Assembly: GCA_002269645.1 (NCBI GenBank)
Contig: NIVC01000261.1
Location: 186,001-250,000, forward strand
From: Macrostomum lignano
Taxonomy: Eukaryota
DNA length: 64,000 nucleotides
Direction of reading: 5' to 3'
Position 1 is the stretch's first letter, and each line of letters opens with the position of its first letter. The position numbers were made by a program, and so were the translations under genes. Under the pieces are notes generated by a model. It was not told the origin of the DNA, did no database searches, and saw only the letters and a list, made by a program, of their open reading frames with translations. Shown here one piece after another: positions 32,071 to 47,400 of this stretch.

Positions 32071-34449
32071 CACCTGTGTGAGCATGTGCATGGAGTGCTT
32101 GTTATCTCAGCGCTGGTTGTGGTCGCAGGGTCAGGGCCTAAACTGCGACAGCCACACCTTTTTTAAAGAATCTTAGAATTTTTTTACTTAAAATTCAAAA
32201 GCTTTAGACAAGAAACCACATACTTGACTACTATAAGCAGTAAAAGAAACAAATCTTGCCAGCAAATAAGCAGCCTTGCGACTATTTGTTTTAATAAAAT
32301 ATATAAGATAAAGATAAAAAAATATGAGTCATCATTTTAAGTTTTCATCTTTAGAAGAACACAAAAGGAATTAGAGGTAATTTTACCTTCAATGTATATA
32401 TTTAATCAGTGCAAAAGACGCTCGCATTCTTAGCAAACAAAAGTAGCATGAATGTGACGTGAAAAATCAAACAACTGAAGTCTCAGAACATGTCACTCTG
32501 GTACAGATCTAAAAAGCATCGAGTTAAAACAAAAAGGTACGGTATTCTTACGGTAAATTTACGATATATTTTACTATTTACAGCTTATCACAGCCTTGGA
32601 CGGACCAAATAGGTTTTGCATGCACAGTTTGAAAAAAGCACACAGCGCATCATTTAAACAAAATATCAATAACAAGCTCAAAGTCGTTATGTAAGCAAGA
32701 TTTTTATCGGACACGTTGCAAGCAAACGTCATTTTTTTGCTATTTTGTCAACTGTTGCTAGGAACAAATCAATATTTGAACCTTGGCATCAACTGACCAA
32801 ATATTAAAACAAAAATTCAGAAAATGAAAAAAAATCACGCAAAATTGTACGTATTGTTTTGTTCATCGCTAAGGCACGCGTAGTGTTTGTTAAAATTAAT
32901 ACCAGTCTTTCTATACGTACTATCTAAAATTGATTAAATATACTGCTTAACTACTAACACTGTTATCAACTCAGTAGTGCAGGCGAGTATCTAAACTAAG
33001 AAAAGATAGAACAATAGAAGAAACACAAAAAATAAAAAAATAACACTAAGGAAATATGACAACACTTGAGAAAAAAATAAACAAACACCGCCGCTACATC
33101 ATAGCGCTAGGAGAGGCCTCAACGTGCAACTCGAATCCTCAGATGTTAATCCATCTCTGAAACAAATAGTGCAATGGATTAGTCATATGATTAACATTAC
33201 TGATAAAAATAGTACAATATGCTATTTAACTGTGCATCGATAAAACTTACCTCGGCTTTACTGCAGGCCGGCAACAAGGGCTCGGCGGAGCCTCTGCACT
33301 CTGCAGGTTCCTCCCTAGCGCTGCAATGCAGAGCGAAGCGGCCGCGGGTTCTGAGCGAGATTTTGCAATTTTTAAAAGCCGCTTCTCGCCCCACCCCCTA
33401 TCCTACCCGCCGTCAGCGCCTGCCCCCTCCCAAACAGAGTCTCGCGTTGCCTCGTTGCCATTGACAACAGAGAAGAGAGAGAGATGGATTAGGAGAGACA
33501 GAGGCAGAGAGAGAGGGGGATAGACAGAAAATGGGCTCCACTCCTCTGTCCTGGCCATTGTTGTTGCTGGGGCAGAGGTGAGGCACTGTTGTTGCATTGG
33601 AGGCCAGCGATAGTGGAGTGAGTGAGTGCGTGGAGGCTGGATTCTGGATGAAGCCCTTTTAGAAGATGCTCCCCCAAAGGCTATGCAGTTGAGAGAGGGC
33701 TGAAAACAGAGACAGGGGGAGAGAGAGAGACTTGGAGTGAGAATATTTTGACAGAAAGGCAGCAGGTTAGTGCACACTACAATAGGGTTTAAGCTCAAGC
33801 CTTGTGCGACCCAGCAGTGCATTGTACTTGCCTGTCAGTTTTATTAGGGCTTAATTAGAATCTTGGGAAGGGGGGCAAAGCACGTAGCCGCCCCCTCTCG
33901 TACCTGACGCATCCAACTCCTGGCTTGAGAAGGCTGGATGAAAATGAAGCTCTTAGTGTAGAGTTCTATTGTGTGTGACGCTTCTGTACCTGACCCAACC
34001 CTCTGTGCAGTGCAGCTCAGAATGAATAGTGGGTTGAGTATAGCGAAGAGGTCCACAATTTCTAGAATTTTCTACAGAAGAAAAACGTAACAAGCGGACA
34101 GAAATTATGCATAATTTATTGTTGCTACCTGAAGTTTAAGTCTTGGCCATCCAGATGTTTTAATGTAACCCTAGTTTTAATGTTACAGAATCTTTGTTAC
34201 ATTTTTCCTAATCTCAACTGATCCCTCACGTCAATATCAATGTAAAAAAAATCCCAGCCCTTGGACTGAACAGCCGTACGCAGCCTTCAGATGCGCCGCG
34301 CAATAGCTGCGGCTGAGCTGTCGGTTGCACATCTGGCCCTATTGGGGCAGGTGTGATCAATAATCAGAAAATATTATGTAGATAAAATGTTTTAAAATAT
34401 AAAAAATGTTTTGGTATAAAATGAATACGCTAGTGGATGCTATATCAAT

Positions 34450-34950
34450 CAATTAATATTGCCGCTTTTTACATCAATCTTGTTGCTATTTACATCAATC
34501 TTGTTGCTATTTACATGTACATCAATATTGTTGCTATTTACATCAATATTGTTGCTATTTACATCAATCTTGTTGCTATTTACATCAATCTTGTTGCTTT
34601 TTACATCAATCTTGTTGCTATGTACATCAATCTTGTTGCTATTTACATGTACATCAATATTGTTGCTATTTACATCAATCTTATCGCTTTTTACATCAAT
34701 ATTGTTGCTATTTACATCAATATTGTTGCTTTTTACATCAATATTGCCGCTTTTTGAATATCAATATTATCGTTTTTTACATCAATCTTGTTGCTATTTA
34801 CATGTACATCAATATTGTTGCTATTTACATCAATCTTATCGCTTTTTACATCAATCTTGTTGCTATGTACATCAATATTGTTGCTTTTTACATCAATATT
34901 GTTGCTTTTTGAATATCAGTCTTATCGTTTTTTAAATCAATCTTGTTGCT
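34450..34950. repeat. 21-bp minisatellite (TACATCAATCTTGTTGCTATT)n
   Basis: Direct inspection; source of the YINLVAI pseudo-ORF. Confidence 0.93.
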
Positions 34951-35475
34951 TTTTACAACAATCGTAGAACAGTTTGCGGCCATTTTATTTCCATACACAT
35001 CAATATTGGCACCGGTATAAATGTTAACAGGCCAATTAATATTTAGGCAGCTACAATGTATAAACACTTTCCAATCACCCATTTTTAGCACCTGTGCAGT
35101 GAACTTTTCTTATCGACTACTCTATAATAGCTCGTACCAAGCATGCTCCGGAATAATTGGCTTGGAATATAACTTGTCCAAATAGAAAGTTTCTGTAGCG
35201 ATAGACCAGGCACAGAGGAGTACACAGAGGCTCTGTTGTTAGTTTTCTTTGGCGAATCAATTTCAACTGATAATGTTATCTGTTTGACCAAGCCAAAGGC
35301 TATTATCAAAAGCGAGAGCCAAAATTTCTTAGCGGTTAGAGAAATAAAGCTCTCAAAGAAGGCCGGAAAGTTATAACTGAAAATTTGACTGTACAAATTC
35401 GGCTTTTTGAACATTATTATCGACATAAACTATTCGTGTCGGTTTCGTTGTCGGAATTACCGACTGCTAAATGTC

Positions 35476-38400
35476 ATGCTGACGAATCGACTGATTTTAC
35501 TCGCCGTTCTGATCGGGTGAGGGTTGACAAATACTTACGATTTTGGCTTCAATATACGCTAAAACTAATCAATATTATCATTATATACTAATATATACCT
35601 AAAGAAACATTTCGTTTTTAGAATATTTAGTTACTTAGTTAGTCAGTTAGTTAGTCAGTTAGTCAGTTAGTTAGTTAGTCAGTTAGTTAGTCAGTTAGTT
35701 AGTTAGTTACTCAGTTAGCCAGTTAGCTAGTTCCATGGGTACCACAGCACCGCAAATTCTAAAATCCTTCCCACAGCGGCTGTCTCGGCTTCAATGAGAC
35801 AGACAGTTTGTTTGACATCGGCGGAGACGATCTGAATTTTGTCGATTCGCCAACGTCAATGCGCGACAATTTCCAATACGCCGAGACCGACATCCTCGAG
35901 GAGCTGTACAATACGACTCGAGTGACCAAGCGGTCTACTCGATCTAACCTGTGCACCTATCAGAGAAGCGAGACGCAATATTATCGATCGTACGAACGAT
36001 TGCCGCGTTGTTTTTGCTATTGCTTATTTGTCTAGACACGTTGCACTTTTACTAATTATGCATTTGTTGAAATTTCACAAAACAGACGGGGCAGCTGGTG
36101 GCGGAGACGGAAGAACTCTCGAACGGTTTTAGTCAATTATCAGGACTGCTGTCCCGGTTGGAGTCGCTATACTGGAGAGCCGTCCTGTCTACGCGGTGAG
36201 CGTATCTACGAGTAGAATATTCACGTCTGGGTTTCGGTCAGAAGACTTTTATTTTCTTCTGTAGCAAACGAAACTTGACCTACAGATTTCTAGATTTCTG
36301 TACTGGCCGGGTAATTTTAGGGTAAACTGGTGTTCTAGATTTTGCTGCCCCTCTTTCTTTTATTGTTGGAAGCAAGCGCAATTAAACGTTTTCCAAAGCA
36401 ATGAACAGATAGTCAAGCAAATATCTTGTCAATTAGAAAAGTTCAAGGTTTATTCAAGTTTTTCAGCCATATGTTAGGCCAAATTGGGATTAACGAAGAA
36501 TTGTTTTACCTGGATGCAGTATGCAGGTCATTAGAGTCAAGCCTTACTAATTCTTGCCGTTGATACATTTTTAAGTAACCAAAATAGTAATAATAAAACA
36601 TTGGTCATTGTTCATGAACTTGTTCAAGTTCTATCCATGTTAGGTAATAAATACTTTTATATTCTAAATCGAAAGATATTGAAAGTACATAACGCACTAC
36701 TGTGCCCAGTAGTCAATGTCTCTAATCTAAACTGCCTTATCTATTCCAGCAATCTGCTTCGGCCGCCTGCAGTACTGCCCCAATGGCGGCTCTTGCAACA
36801 GTCCGGACTTCTGCTCCAACTGCAATCCGACTCACTACAGTCCCCGCTGCGACTGTGAGTGGTGGCTCATAGCTTGTGTAAAGCTTCATTTAAAAGTCAC
36901 AGAAACGTGCATGCAGAGACATACGATTCGTACGTAAACCCAATTTCAGTGTGTCCACAAGTTCCGTTCTGCGCGCTGACTTACTGCACGCATTTGCCGA
37001 GCGCGATAGAGACGATGACCTGCCAGATTTGCATGTTCGATCACGGACCAAAGGGTCAGGCGTACAAGCTCAGTAGCGATCGGAAGGCTTGCATTGGTGA
37101 GTTAAAATTAGGCCTCAATTTCACGGCTCAACCATGAGCTTGTTGTAACAAACTGAACATTGAGGGGACCTTTGGAGAGCTGCCAAAGAGTGAGACAGCA
37201 AGTATCTGATACGGTACTTTGATTGCGCTGAGTCCTGAGCACATATGAGACATACCTATAGTGGCACGTGCTCATACAGGCTGTTACAACTGCCAAGACT
37301 TTCTCTGTCGTGAACACTGTCTGTGCCTTGAGGTTTCGCCATCGTGATCCTTGTATGGAAAAAAGCGAAAGTCACGTCTTAACACCTGAGCTACTCTGCC
37401 CCCTCCTGAGAAGAGACCCTCTAGTTCGGTCTGACTCTTTGGGCTCGGATAAGTTCCGTGTGGAGTTCCCACCTATAGGTAATAGTTTACCAAAGCCTAA
37501 GACAAACATTTGAGGGTTAAAATAAAGTCGTCATAGATTCGAATTAAACTGCAGAAACCTGCTCGTGGAGGCGAGAGCACAACCTGTGCTTTCCAGGCGT
37601 GTGCAACGGGTATCACACGGAGTGCCAGTGCGATGCCGGCTTCACATCGACACCTGGAGCGAGGGACTGTCTAAAAAGTAAACAAACCACAATGAGACAA
37701 CCTGGATTTGCAGAATTGAAACATAAAAAAAGATTCATCTTGGATATACTAGCATACCGTATTGACTTTCAGTTGTCACGAAGCCAACGGTACTGACTGC
37801 GACAATGACAGTGAGAATTCCTCCGGATGGAACCAGTAGGTAGATGCCTGGAGCCTTAGAAATTCATAGTTTTTTTAAGATATAAAATTTCCTAACGATT
37901 TTTTCAGCACCGAAGGACGATGTTACAATTGACTTCCATAAATCACCAAACTCGGTGAACTATATTAATACTAAACCAGGTGAGTGATCCAAAACAATAG
38001 CCATCTGATAGCCATACGCTAATGCAGTTATTTTTCACTGAAATATTCACCTTGTCAGCTCCAAACAGGAAAATCCAGCTTGAGTGGACAGCAACAAGCC
38101 GCTTCAAGCCCACAATATCCAGTCCGGGTCCTCGCGAACACTTCATCCCACCGTCCGGTTACAAGATCGGCCTTGTGCGAGAAAATTTCGTTTTCGTGCT
38201 GTCCGGAAACCGTGAGTTTCACACACGTGGACATACAGTACCTAGCTATACTTTCGGCTAGGTAAGCTTAGTGCCGCATCTTCATTGCAGAGAATTTTCC
38301 CGACAACTCGATCGGTCCTCTGGAAGAGACTGGGATCAGTCCGTCTAACCCGAAGCTCGCAGAACGCGCCTTTACCGGACAGCTGAACCAGCTGCCTCCG

Positions 38401-41400
38401 GCCGGCTGGCAGCTGCAGTCCGGACACTCGCTCAAGTACACGTACTCGGTGTACAACGGCGGCTTCGTCACTGTCGCTGACCTCGACGCCAGAGGAGCCA
38501 CGCATCCGAGATTTCTCACCGGAGAGTCGTTTACTCAGGCTGGAACATTCGTGTTTGACTACAGCCTGCCGTACCACTGCACAGTGGCGGGACACGGAGC
38601 TCGACCCTGCACTCAGCCATTCGACCAGCGAATGCTTGAGCTTAGCGAAGCCTTCACCAAGCAGGTATGAGCTTGAAATGACATGATTTTCATCGTTGAA
38701 ACACATCTAAGAATGCGCTAACGTACTTTTATAGAATCAAATCAACGGTAAATTCGGAGGCTGGAGAGACGATCACGCTGGAGTGCTGCAGTACGACATT
38801 GAGCTCAAGCTCATGCACAAAGTCGGAGAGGTGCTGAAGGAGAACGAGATGGCGGGCTCTGAGCACAAAATCATTGATTTGAATGGCGAGGGCGAGGAAG
38901 AGAGACGAAATGGCGGAAACGAGAGTTCAGTGTTCACTTTGACTTGCCTCCCGACGAGCCGTCGGTCTACACTGTTGTGGTGACGGTGCGCGATGCGGTC
39001 AGGAACTCGATCAAGAATGTGAGACGCAGCAGACGCTTCTTTATCTTTGATAACTCGTCGAGCGTGGAAAGCAGGGACGAGCGCTATCCTCTCGGTGTAG
39101 ACGATACCGTCAACAATAGAGGACTGTGGTGGCTTCGACGGCTTGACGGAGACGTCGCGTTCCGATGGACGGACAACCTGATCAACGAGGTGCACACAGG
39201 TCAAGGCTTTCTGCTACCGATCGAGCATGTGCCGGAGTTCTACGGTGACGGCTACGATCAGACTTCCGGACCTCGGAGCATCCACCCAATCGACAATGTG
39301 CACGGAGTCGTGCACTTCGCGTCCCAGTTCGGAGTGGACGCGGTCGGTGGTCGCAGTCTGCAACAGCCGGATCAAAGCCGGTGGCTCATTACCACCGACA
39401 TTCACGCCCAGATGCAGAGCTTTCGCTTCGATAGACGAGACGGCGAGTCAGCAAAGTTCTGGGTGATTGGCGAGGATGTGATGGGCAACAGCCGTGTGAA
39501 CAGCTTCCTCATGCACATCGACTCCTCACCTGCCGAGTTAGGGACGCTCAGTCTGACTAACAGAGGCGTCGATGGGCTCGTTGTGCACCACAGCAGAGAC
39601 CTACACAGTTTGAGGTGAGTCCGTTTGAATGCAAAAACTGCTGATATGGACTCGAGTGCCATGACATTTTTGCCCGTTTGTAGAGCTCACTGGACCGCGT
39701 CCGACTTGCACAGCGGCTTGCACACTGTGCTCTGGGAGATCTTCGACAACCACACTGACGAGATTGTGCAGATGTACTACAACATGGAAGGACGGAGACA
39801 TTTCGATAGTCTTACGGTAAGAAAGCTTATTAAAAAATGACTGTAGAAACAGGCAAATGATTTGTAAGTGCCGGATTGCTTCCAGCTGTGCCAAAGAGAT
39901 TCCGAGAGACCAGACAACTGCTACTGCACTCAAGCTACTGGCTGCTACAACTCATTCTTTGCGGCATCGCCAAACACAAATGCCACAACGGAGCACAACC
40001 ACGATTTGCACATTCGACTCACAGTTACAAACGGAGCGGAGTTGGTCGCGAGCAGCGTGATGAAGATTAGCATCGATTTGTCTGCTCCTCATCCTGGCCA
40101 CGTGTTCGACGGCGCGCCTGGCGATGAAGAGGTCGACTTCCAGAACGGGCGACACCTAACGGCGCACTGGAGCGGCTTCTTTGATCCCGAGAGCGGAGTC
40201 GAATGTACAGATACGGCTTCGGAGTATCCTGTCAGTCAGAGTCGCAACTCATCCAAGAGACGACGGGTCTTGAGGCGAGCTGGGAGGCTCCTGGTCCTGG
40301 TCGGTACTTCGTCACGGTAGCCGCTTTCAATAACGCGATGGAGCCATCTGCCGCTGTGTGCTCTGACGGAGTCCTGATCACGGATCAAAGGCCAGAAGTG
40401 AGCCAGTTGAGCATCGAGAGTCTTCGAGTCCGTCCAGGACTCATCCTGGACGCCAGCTCGCAGGAGCTCTGGTACCTGACCGACCTTGGTCGCAGACAGA
40501 AACTTCTAAACGTTAACGAGACGTGCAGGTAGAGCCAACAGTCTGCTAATTAGCTCCTGTGATCAGAGGTCGTTAATAATGGAAGCGTCTCTTTTTCAGA
40601 GCTCGAGCAACCGTGATGGCGGACAGTGGAGTTCTGGCACTTGATCTCAGCAAGTTCAATCGCACTGTAGTGCTCACTCACGAAGGAGAGTTCTGTGAGC
40701 AAATCGGACCAGCTGGAACGAGTTCTATCTCACCAAGGACGACAGGGTAAGGCGCGTGTATTGCTGAGTATTTTTGAGAAGAAGCTTCTTATCAGAGAGC
40801 AGGCACTGCATTTCAGCTGAAACTAAGCTGGATTGCCTCCGACAGTGTTTCCGGACTGAGGCACTCCATCGTGTCAGTAGTGAGCAACGAGAACTCCGTG
40901 TCTGATCTTGCCAATCGCGTAGTCACGACACACTCTAGCGAAATTCTCGACCACATTGATTTGAAAGATGGTCAGCAGATCTACTTGACAATAGCGGCAG
41001 TAAACAGGGCGGGACTGTCGTCAAACATGGTGAGATTTACACTGCAACTTATCTAGACTGCTTGCTATGAAACGGTGAATGTTTGTTCGTATCATTTTAG
41101 AGTGTCGGACCACTGACTGTAGATACCAGTCCACCGAGCTTCTCGGGCTCATTGTCCGTCAGTACCAACAATGAGCACTTGTTAGTCCGTTGGGATGCCG
41201 GCGACTTCGTAGATCCGGAGTCCGAGTCGCTCGAGTTTGAGCTCGGAGTCGGTTAGTAAATCTGTTATCTCATCCAGGACATTAAGGCCAAGCTGTTGCT
41301 CAATTTCCTTGTTTTAATTTTATAGGCAGCAAGGAGCACTCTACAGACATTGTTCATTTCGAGAGAGTCAAGCAAGGACCTGAGTGCAGTCACAGTCACA

Positions 41401-44400
41401 CGCCAGTGACTTGCGCGTCTCTGGAGCTGAGCCAGCTTGACTGGAGTTTAATCGGCGATCACACATACTACGTGTCCATCCGATGCACCAATGAAGCTCA
41501 GCTAAGAACTGTTGCATTCGCTGAGCCAATTGTACATAACAACCGACTTCCCAGTGTCGGTTTCGTTACTGACGAGGATCCGAGTATCGACTCGGACTCA
41601 ATGCTCGGGGTAAAGTGTACTTGATAGCCTAAAGATACCAGTTGTGTATTTTTAGCGTGAATTCTGAGTACACGAACAAAACACTGACATTCTCAATTTT
41701 AGACACCACACGACATTCAGTATCAGCTGCGATCGGACTCGCTAAGGTCGCGATGGACCGGATTCAAATTCGCAAACGAGTTCCATGTTTCGGTTGTGGA
41801 TTCTCAGCACAAGGAGCTCGCATCTGTGACCCTCCCTTCAAATGCAACTCGACATCAGTTTGACGGACTCAAGTTGGATGTATTCAAGGCAAGCTTATAC
41901 ACAGTCGTTCGATTCAGACTCGAAATGGTTTCATTCATTGAAATTATGTCTCTTCTGTTTGAATACGCTTCAGACCTACTTTACTCGAGTAACAGCATCG
42001 AATGTGGTCGGAAGCGTCTCTGCAGGGTCAAGCGGGGTGACTGTCGAGTCTCGAGAGCCCCTCCTCGAGTTGAGACCTGTGAACTGGAGACCCGACAATG
42101 ATGGGTCGCTGACGAATGATTTCCAAAGCTCTTTGTCCACGGTTGGTTTGAAGTGGACAAAGCCGAAATCACCCCTCGATCTGCTGTTTCACGACGTCAG
42201 TTGGGGTCTCGAGTTGAAGCGAGGAGACGGTACGGTAGAAAACTCATTTCTCCTTGTTTATCTGCAAGTAGACTGAGTTGCTTCCCGTGTTGACCCACTC
42301 GCTTTAGATTGGATCACAGTGGAAGAGTTTAGACGCGTCTCGCACTCGGGCGAGACGGTCCTCGTCACGAATTTGCACCTCATCGATGGGGCCACTTACC
42401 GATCGCGAATGAAGCTCTGTCATGGTGAAGTTTGCTCAGAGGTCGAGACTGCTCCAGACTTTGTGGTCCTGCACACTTCCCCAGTGGCTGGAGCGTGGAG
42501 TGTCAATCTTGAAGCTGACAACCAGACAGTATGCTGAACAACATACTCTGTTACAAATGCATTTATTGCGTCTAAACAATAATATTTTCTTTTGTTTTCA
42601 GATCACAGTGCAGATGGACGAGTTCAAGCAGCTAGGATCAGCAGGAAGCAGTGTTATCAGCGGATACCAGTGGTCATTGCAACACGATGGTGCCAACATC
42701 GTACAATGGACGGAATTGAAACTCGATTCGAGTAACTCGGTAGGTGGCTGCTTCACTTGAAACAATGAAACAATGGTGGTATGTAGCTACCTCCTAATTT
42801 GACTATCTATACTTTAGACTAAATCTATATCTCTACCGTGGCCTCTGAAATCGACGAAATGCATCCGTTTTGCGATTCGCTGCTTCAACAAGGCAGGCCT
42901 GTCGACTGTAGACAGTAGAGAGCTGAGAGACTGCAGCGCGTACGACCCGAAGCTGATAAGTAATCCGAACGTGATGGACGCGATCGGGCCAGTGAAGCTT
43001 GAGAAAAATGACCAATGGACAGCAGATGACGTGGACTACTCAAACTCGAGCGCTCGACTTGCAGCGGTGTGGCCCCAGCTGAGATATTTGGTGAGAGAAC
43101 AGGCTGCCATAAGAAACAAGCTTTTAAAAGCATACATGCATGGTTACCAAAATAGGATATAATCCTTACAGAACTACGAATGGGCTGTTCTAGCAGCCAG
43201 TGGGACCGGAGGCTCCGGTTACTATGACCGAATTCTGCTTGAGCCGCCAAAACGGCCGACGAGTCACGCGAATGCGATCGCAGGCGGCTTTACTCGGGAT
43301 GAGTTCGTAACGTTCCCGGAGTTCAGCTTCAACCAGGGACTCGGTATCACGTGTGCATTCACGCTAACGAAACTTTGCTGCAATTTGAGAAGTTCACTCA
43401 GCTGTTGCCTGAGTTAAGCGAGTGCAGCGATGGTGTCACTGTGCTTGGAGATGTAGCAACCGAGGGCAGGATCGCAGTGAATGGACGATTTGCCAATCAG
43501 ATGCTGGTAAGTTGAATGTCGATTTTGCAGTAAGTTTTACAAAGTAGATGTTTTAATGAATTCATTCATTGTTTGCAGTCATCTGTGACTGAGTTTCTTC
43601 TCGAGTGGTCAGGATTCGAGTCTGGAACGTCTACGGACATGCCGCACGTGACTGACATAAAGTACTACGAATACTGCATTGGATCATTCGCCTCCGGTTG
43701 CGACCTAATCGATTGGAAAAACGTCGGCGGTGCTCGCAGTGTGATTGTTACTCAGCTCAAGGGAGTCCTTCAGGAAGGTCACGTCTACTTTGTCTCGGTG
43801 AGAGGTAAGTGAAGAATTGAATTTCGCAAATAAACTACTGAGCTTCTATTGACTTGTGCCTTATGCTCCAGCTGTCGACTTCATCGGTCGCGAGAGTCGG
43901 TCAAAGCCCCGGTCGGTCCGAGTGGTGCTGCACGGTCCTAAGTCCAATCACTCAGCAGCTATCTCTGTGGGTCTGCGGCATGTAATCTCGAACAACAATG
44001 GCCAAGAAGTGTGCTGGAACGGTAGATTCTCTGACCCCGTCGCGGGCATTCGTCGCTACTGGGTCGGTCTCGGATCTTCGCCCGGTCGTCCTGATGTCAT
44101 TCCGTACACTGAATCAGATGGCGAGTGTGTTTGGTGGACAACCAAGCAGCTGTCATACTCCAGAGACGGACAGCACTACTGGGTGCTGCTGAGAGCTGAG
44201 AACTTTGCCGGACTTATATCGAGCGACCACTCGAAGCCAGTGCTCGTAGACAGAAGTCCACCAGTAGCTGGATCGGTGATCGATATCGACCCGACCGTAT
44301 CAAACAGCACCGATTGCAACTTTCGGTTCAATATGGACGGCATCTCAGCAAAATGGACCGACTTCCATGATCCTCACAGTCACGTGAGGGACTATTCGGT

Positions 44401-47400
44401 GGCGATCGGATCATGTCCAGGTTGCCAAGACGTGATGCCGTATCTTCACGTCGGTGTTCGACACAGTAAGTCAAACGAAGCTAATTATGCTCATTACTAA
44501 CTCTAAACAAAGAATACAGACGTACTTTGCTTACTTCAGGTATAAAGATTGACCATCTGCGTTTGCAACCTGGACAGAGGTACTTTGTCAATGTCAAAGG
44601 CTGCAACGCGGGGGATCTCTGTTCTGTGGCGTCTTCCGATGGTGTCATTTTGGATTCCACACCTCCGTTGAACGGAATCATCTTGATTGGTTCAAGCGAC
44701 GCAAACCAACAGTACCTGCGATCAAGGTGAGTAAATGTGTTTTTAGTAACAATTTTATCATAATGACTTGATACGCTGAAAGCCACTCATAGCCTAAACA
44801 TGCATGCTGTACTTTTATGTTTAGCTCATAGCTTTTTCGCTATACGGATTCAACGATCCAGAGTCCGACATTGCATACATCACCGTTGGGGAGTCGGTCG
44901 CGAAGAGTCTGACTCGCCGGATGTTATAGCCTGGATCAAAACTTTCGAAAGGAAGTTTGTGCGACACTCTGGAAGCTTGCCAACGGGCATACGTCTAAAG
45001 TTGTTTGTGGAAACTGTGAATAAAGCAGGTGAGCGGCGGGCATGACGTAATCATAGCGTCGATCGTGCTAAACTTTGCTGAATATTTGAACAACATTTTT
45101 ACAACCATTTAGGTCTTACGACATTGACTGAGTCGAGCAAGTTTCTGATTGACGACACACCTCCCGAGATCGAGACTGCTCTCTCAGCAAGCGAGACTTT
45201 CGGTCAGATTGAGCCGAACTGGCTCGTCCTGGACGACATCATGGTGGTAGAGTGGAGCGTCTTTGACAAGGAGAGCGGCATCAAAGAACACTGGATCTCT
45301 CTGTCTAACCATGATAACGGACGAGTGACGTTCGAGCCCGTTAAGGTATCTGACCTAGTTTTGCAGCTGATTTATTCAATTTGTATGTAAACTAATGCTG
45401 CGCACCTCTTGTTGACATCGCAGATTCCCGGTCTGCTGAGCAACTTTACATTCAGCGATCTGGATCTGAAAGACGGAGCCAACTACACTGTTCACCTCGT
45501 GTCGTGCAACCTGGCGGACGCATGCACTCGTCAGACGGCCTCGTTGGCTGTGGACACTTCGCCTCCGATCACAGGACACGTAGCCGCCGCGACAGAGTCG
45601 GCCGTGCAGCTGGGCAGACACATCGAGGATGGCCTCACGTGGGATGGAAACGAAGTCAACATCAGCTGGGTGGGATTCCACGATCCTCACTCGGGAATCG
45701 ATCGCTACACCGTTCAGATGGGCACAACATGGTTCGGATCGGAGCTTTTGTCGGTAGGTTGTGAACCACAAAGAATTTTTTAAAGTTACCGCGAAATAGT
45801 TATCACAAAACTGCATTGCCTGTTTTTGTTATTTAGGTCACAGAGGTTCCGCACAGTGACGAAGGAGTTGGTCTGCCGCTGAATCCTCACGAAGGTCCAA
45901 TTCAGATGGCCAGCTTTGAACTGAAGAGAAGTCTAACTGAGGGCACGTCCTTGATTGTGCACATTGTTGCAGTCAACAAGGTAATAGTCAGTTGGATATT
46001 TACTGTGAAGCTACTATTTAAACTTGAAAGTGTGTAATTTACTGATTCAGGCCGGTCTCCACAGTCAACCAGTTCAAGCGGCATTGTCCGTGCTGGAAAG
46101 TGGTCACTTGTGGCTCCTTCGTCGGTGTGCTGGCGCAGCTACTTGCTACGGGCACTGCTCGTGCGCTCCGCAGCATCAGACCTGCCGAGGAACTGAGTGT
46201 CGAGCCGTCGATGTAGTGGATAACGTCGACAACGAAGTAGAGGTTCTAGATGTGTCCGCCTTCGGTCCTCGAGGAGAATCTCAAACTGATGCAAAAACAA
46301 CTCCGACTAGGTCTCTGTTGGCAGCGACTTGGCGAGTCCGTCGAGCAATGGGACGACCACCTGTTCGTTATGAAGTGAGTGCAGGTCTGGCTGAGTACAG
46401 TGAGCCAAAGGGTATCTACGACGCTGTTCACGAGCGCGTATGGCATGACGTCGGTCTAAGGACGTTCTTGGCATTGAATATCACAGCTGGGCGTCGCCTC
46501 AATGTATTTAGATCATACAAGGTGTTTGTTCGGGCTTGGTTTGATCACAACACGTACGTCGTGTTCAGCTCAGACGGCGTACTGGTCAACCCGACCTTTC
46601 CGCGAGTGAATCGACACTACGGTGTCGGCGTCAAGGACCTGTTGTCACCAGATAGTCGACGGGATACCGATTTCATAACCAGTAATGACAGTCTGACTGT
46701 AGGGTGGCGAAATAAGTTCACGAGTCTAAATGAAGCACCGCCGCTGTCATTCCGCGTGTCTATTGGCAGTGAGATCGGAATGGACGATGTTGCAAACGTC
46801 GTCATACCTCCTGGAAACATCACCTATACATTCAATGGGCTGCAACTTGGGCCAGGTCAACGGTACTTTTCTACCGTGACCGCTCTCATGAGAACGGACT
46901 CTCTGTTTCGGTATCATCTGATGGGTTCGTACTGGACTTGGATAATCCGTCTACGGATTGGTGTTTAATAGTATTGGTAAGTTGCCTATGTCAACCCAAA
47001 TTATTTATCTAACCTATTTATAGTATCAATCTTAACAAGTTCAATCAAGATAAACAATTTCTCACAGGTCACAGCAACTCAAAGTACTCCAGCGACCAAA
47101 CGACTCTGTCATGCAGTTGGCACAGCTTCTTTGATCGAGAATCCTACATCAAGTCGTACTCTGCATGCATTACTTCCAGCAATGATGCCAGCAAATGCGA
47201 CATCGCCGACTGGAAGAATGTTAAGTTCGAGCAGAGAGCTACTTGGAAAGGACCTTGGCATCATGGAAGCACCTATTTCTGCCGGCAATGGCGGTCGACG
47301 CTGCAGATCGCAGCTCAGAGGCGATCACTTCTCCCGGAGTGACTATCGACATGACACCGGCTATTGCGGCAAACCGCATTGGACACCGGCCGATTAATGT

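Noticed and set aside
35085-35426. 113-aa minus-strand ORF upstream of paralog 1
   Set aside because: No recognisable motif and no counterpart upstream of paralog 2.
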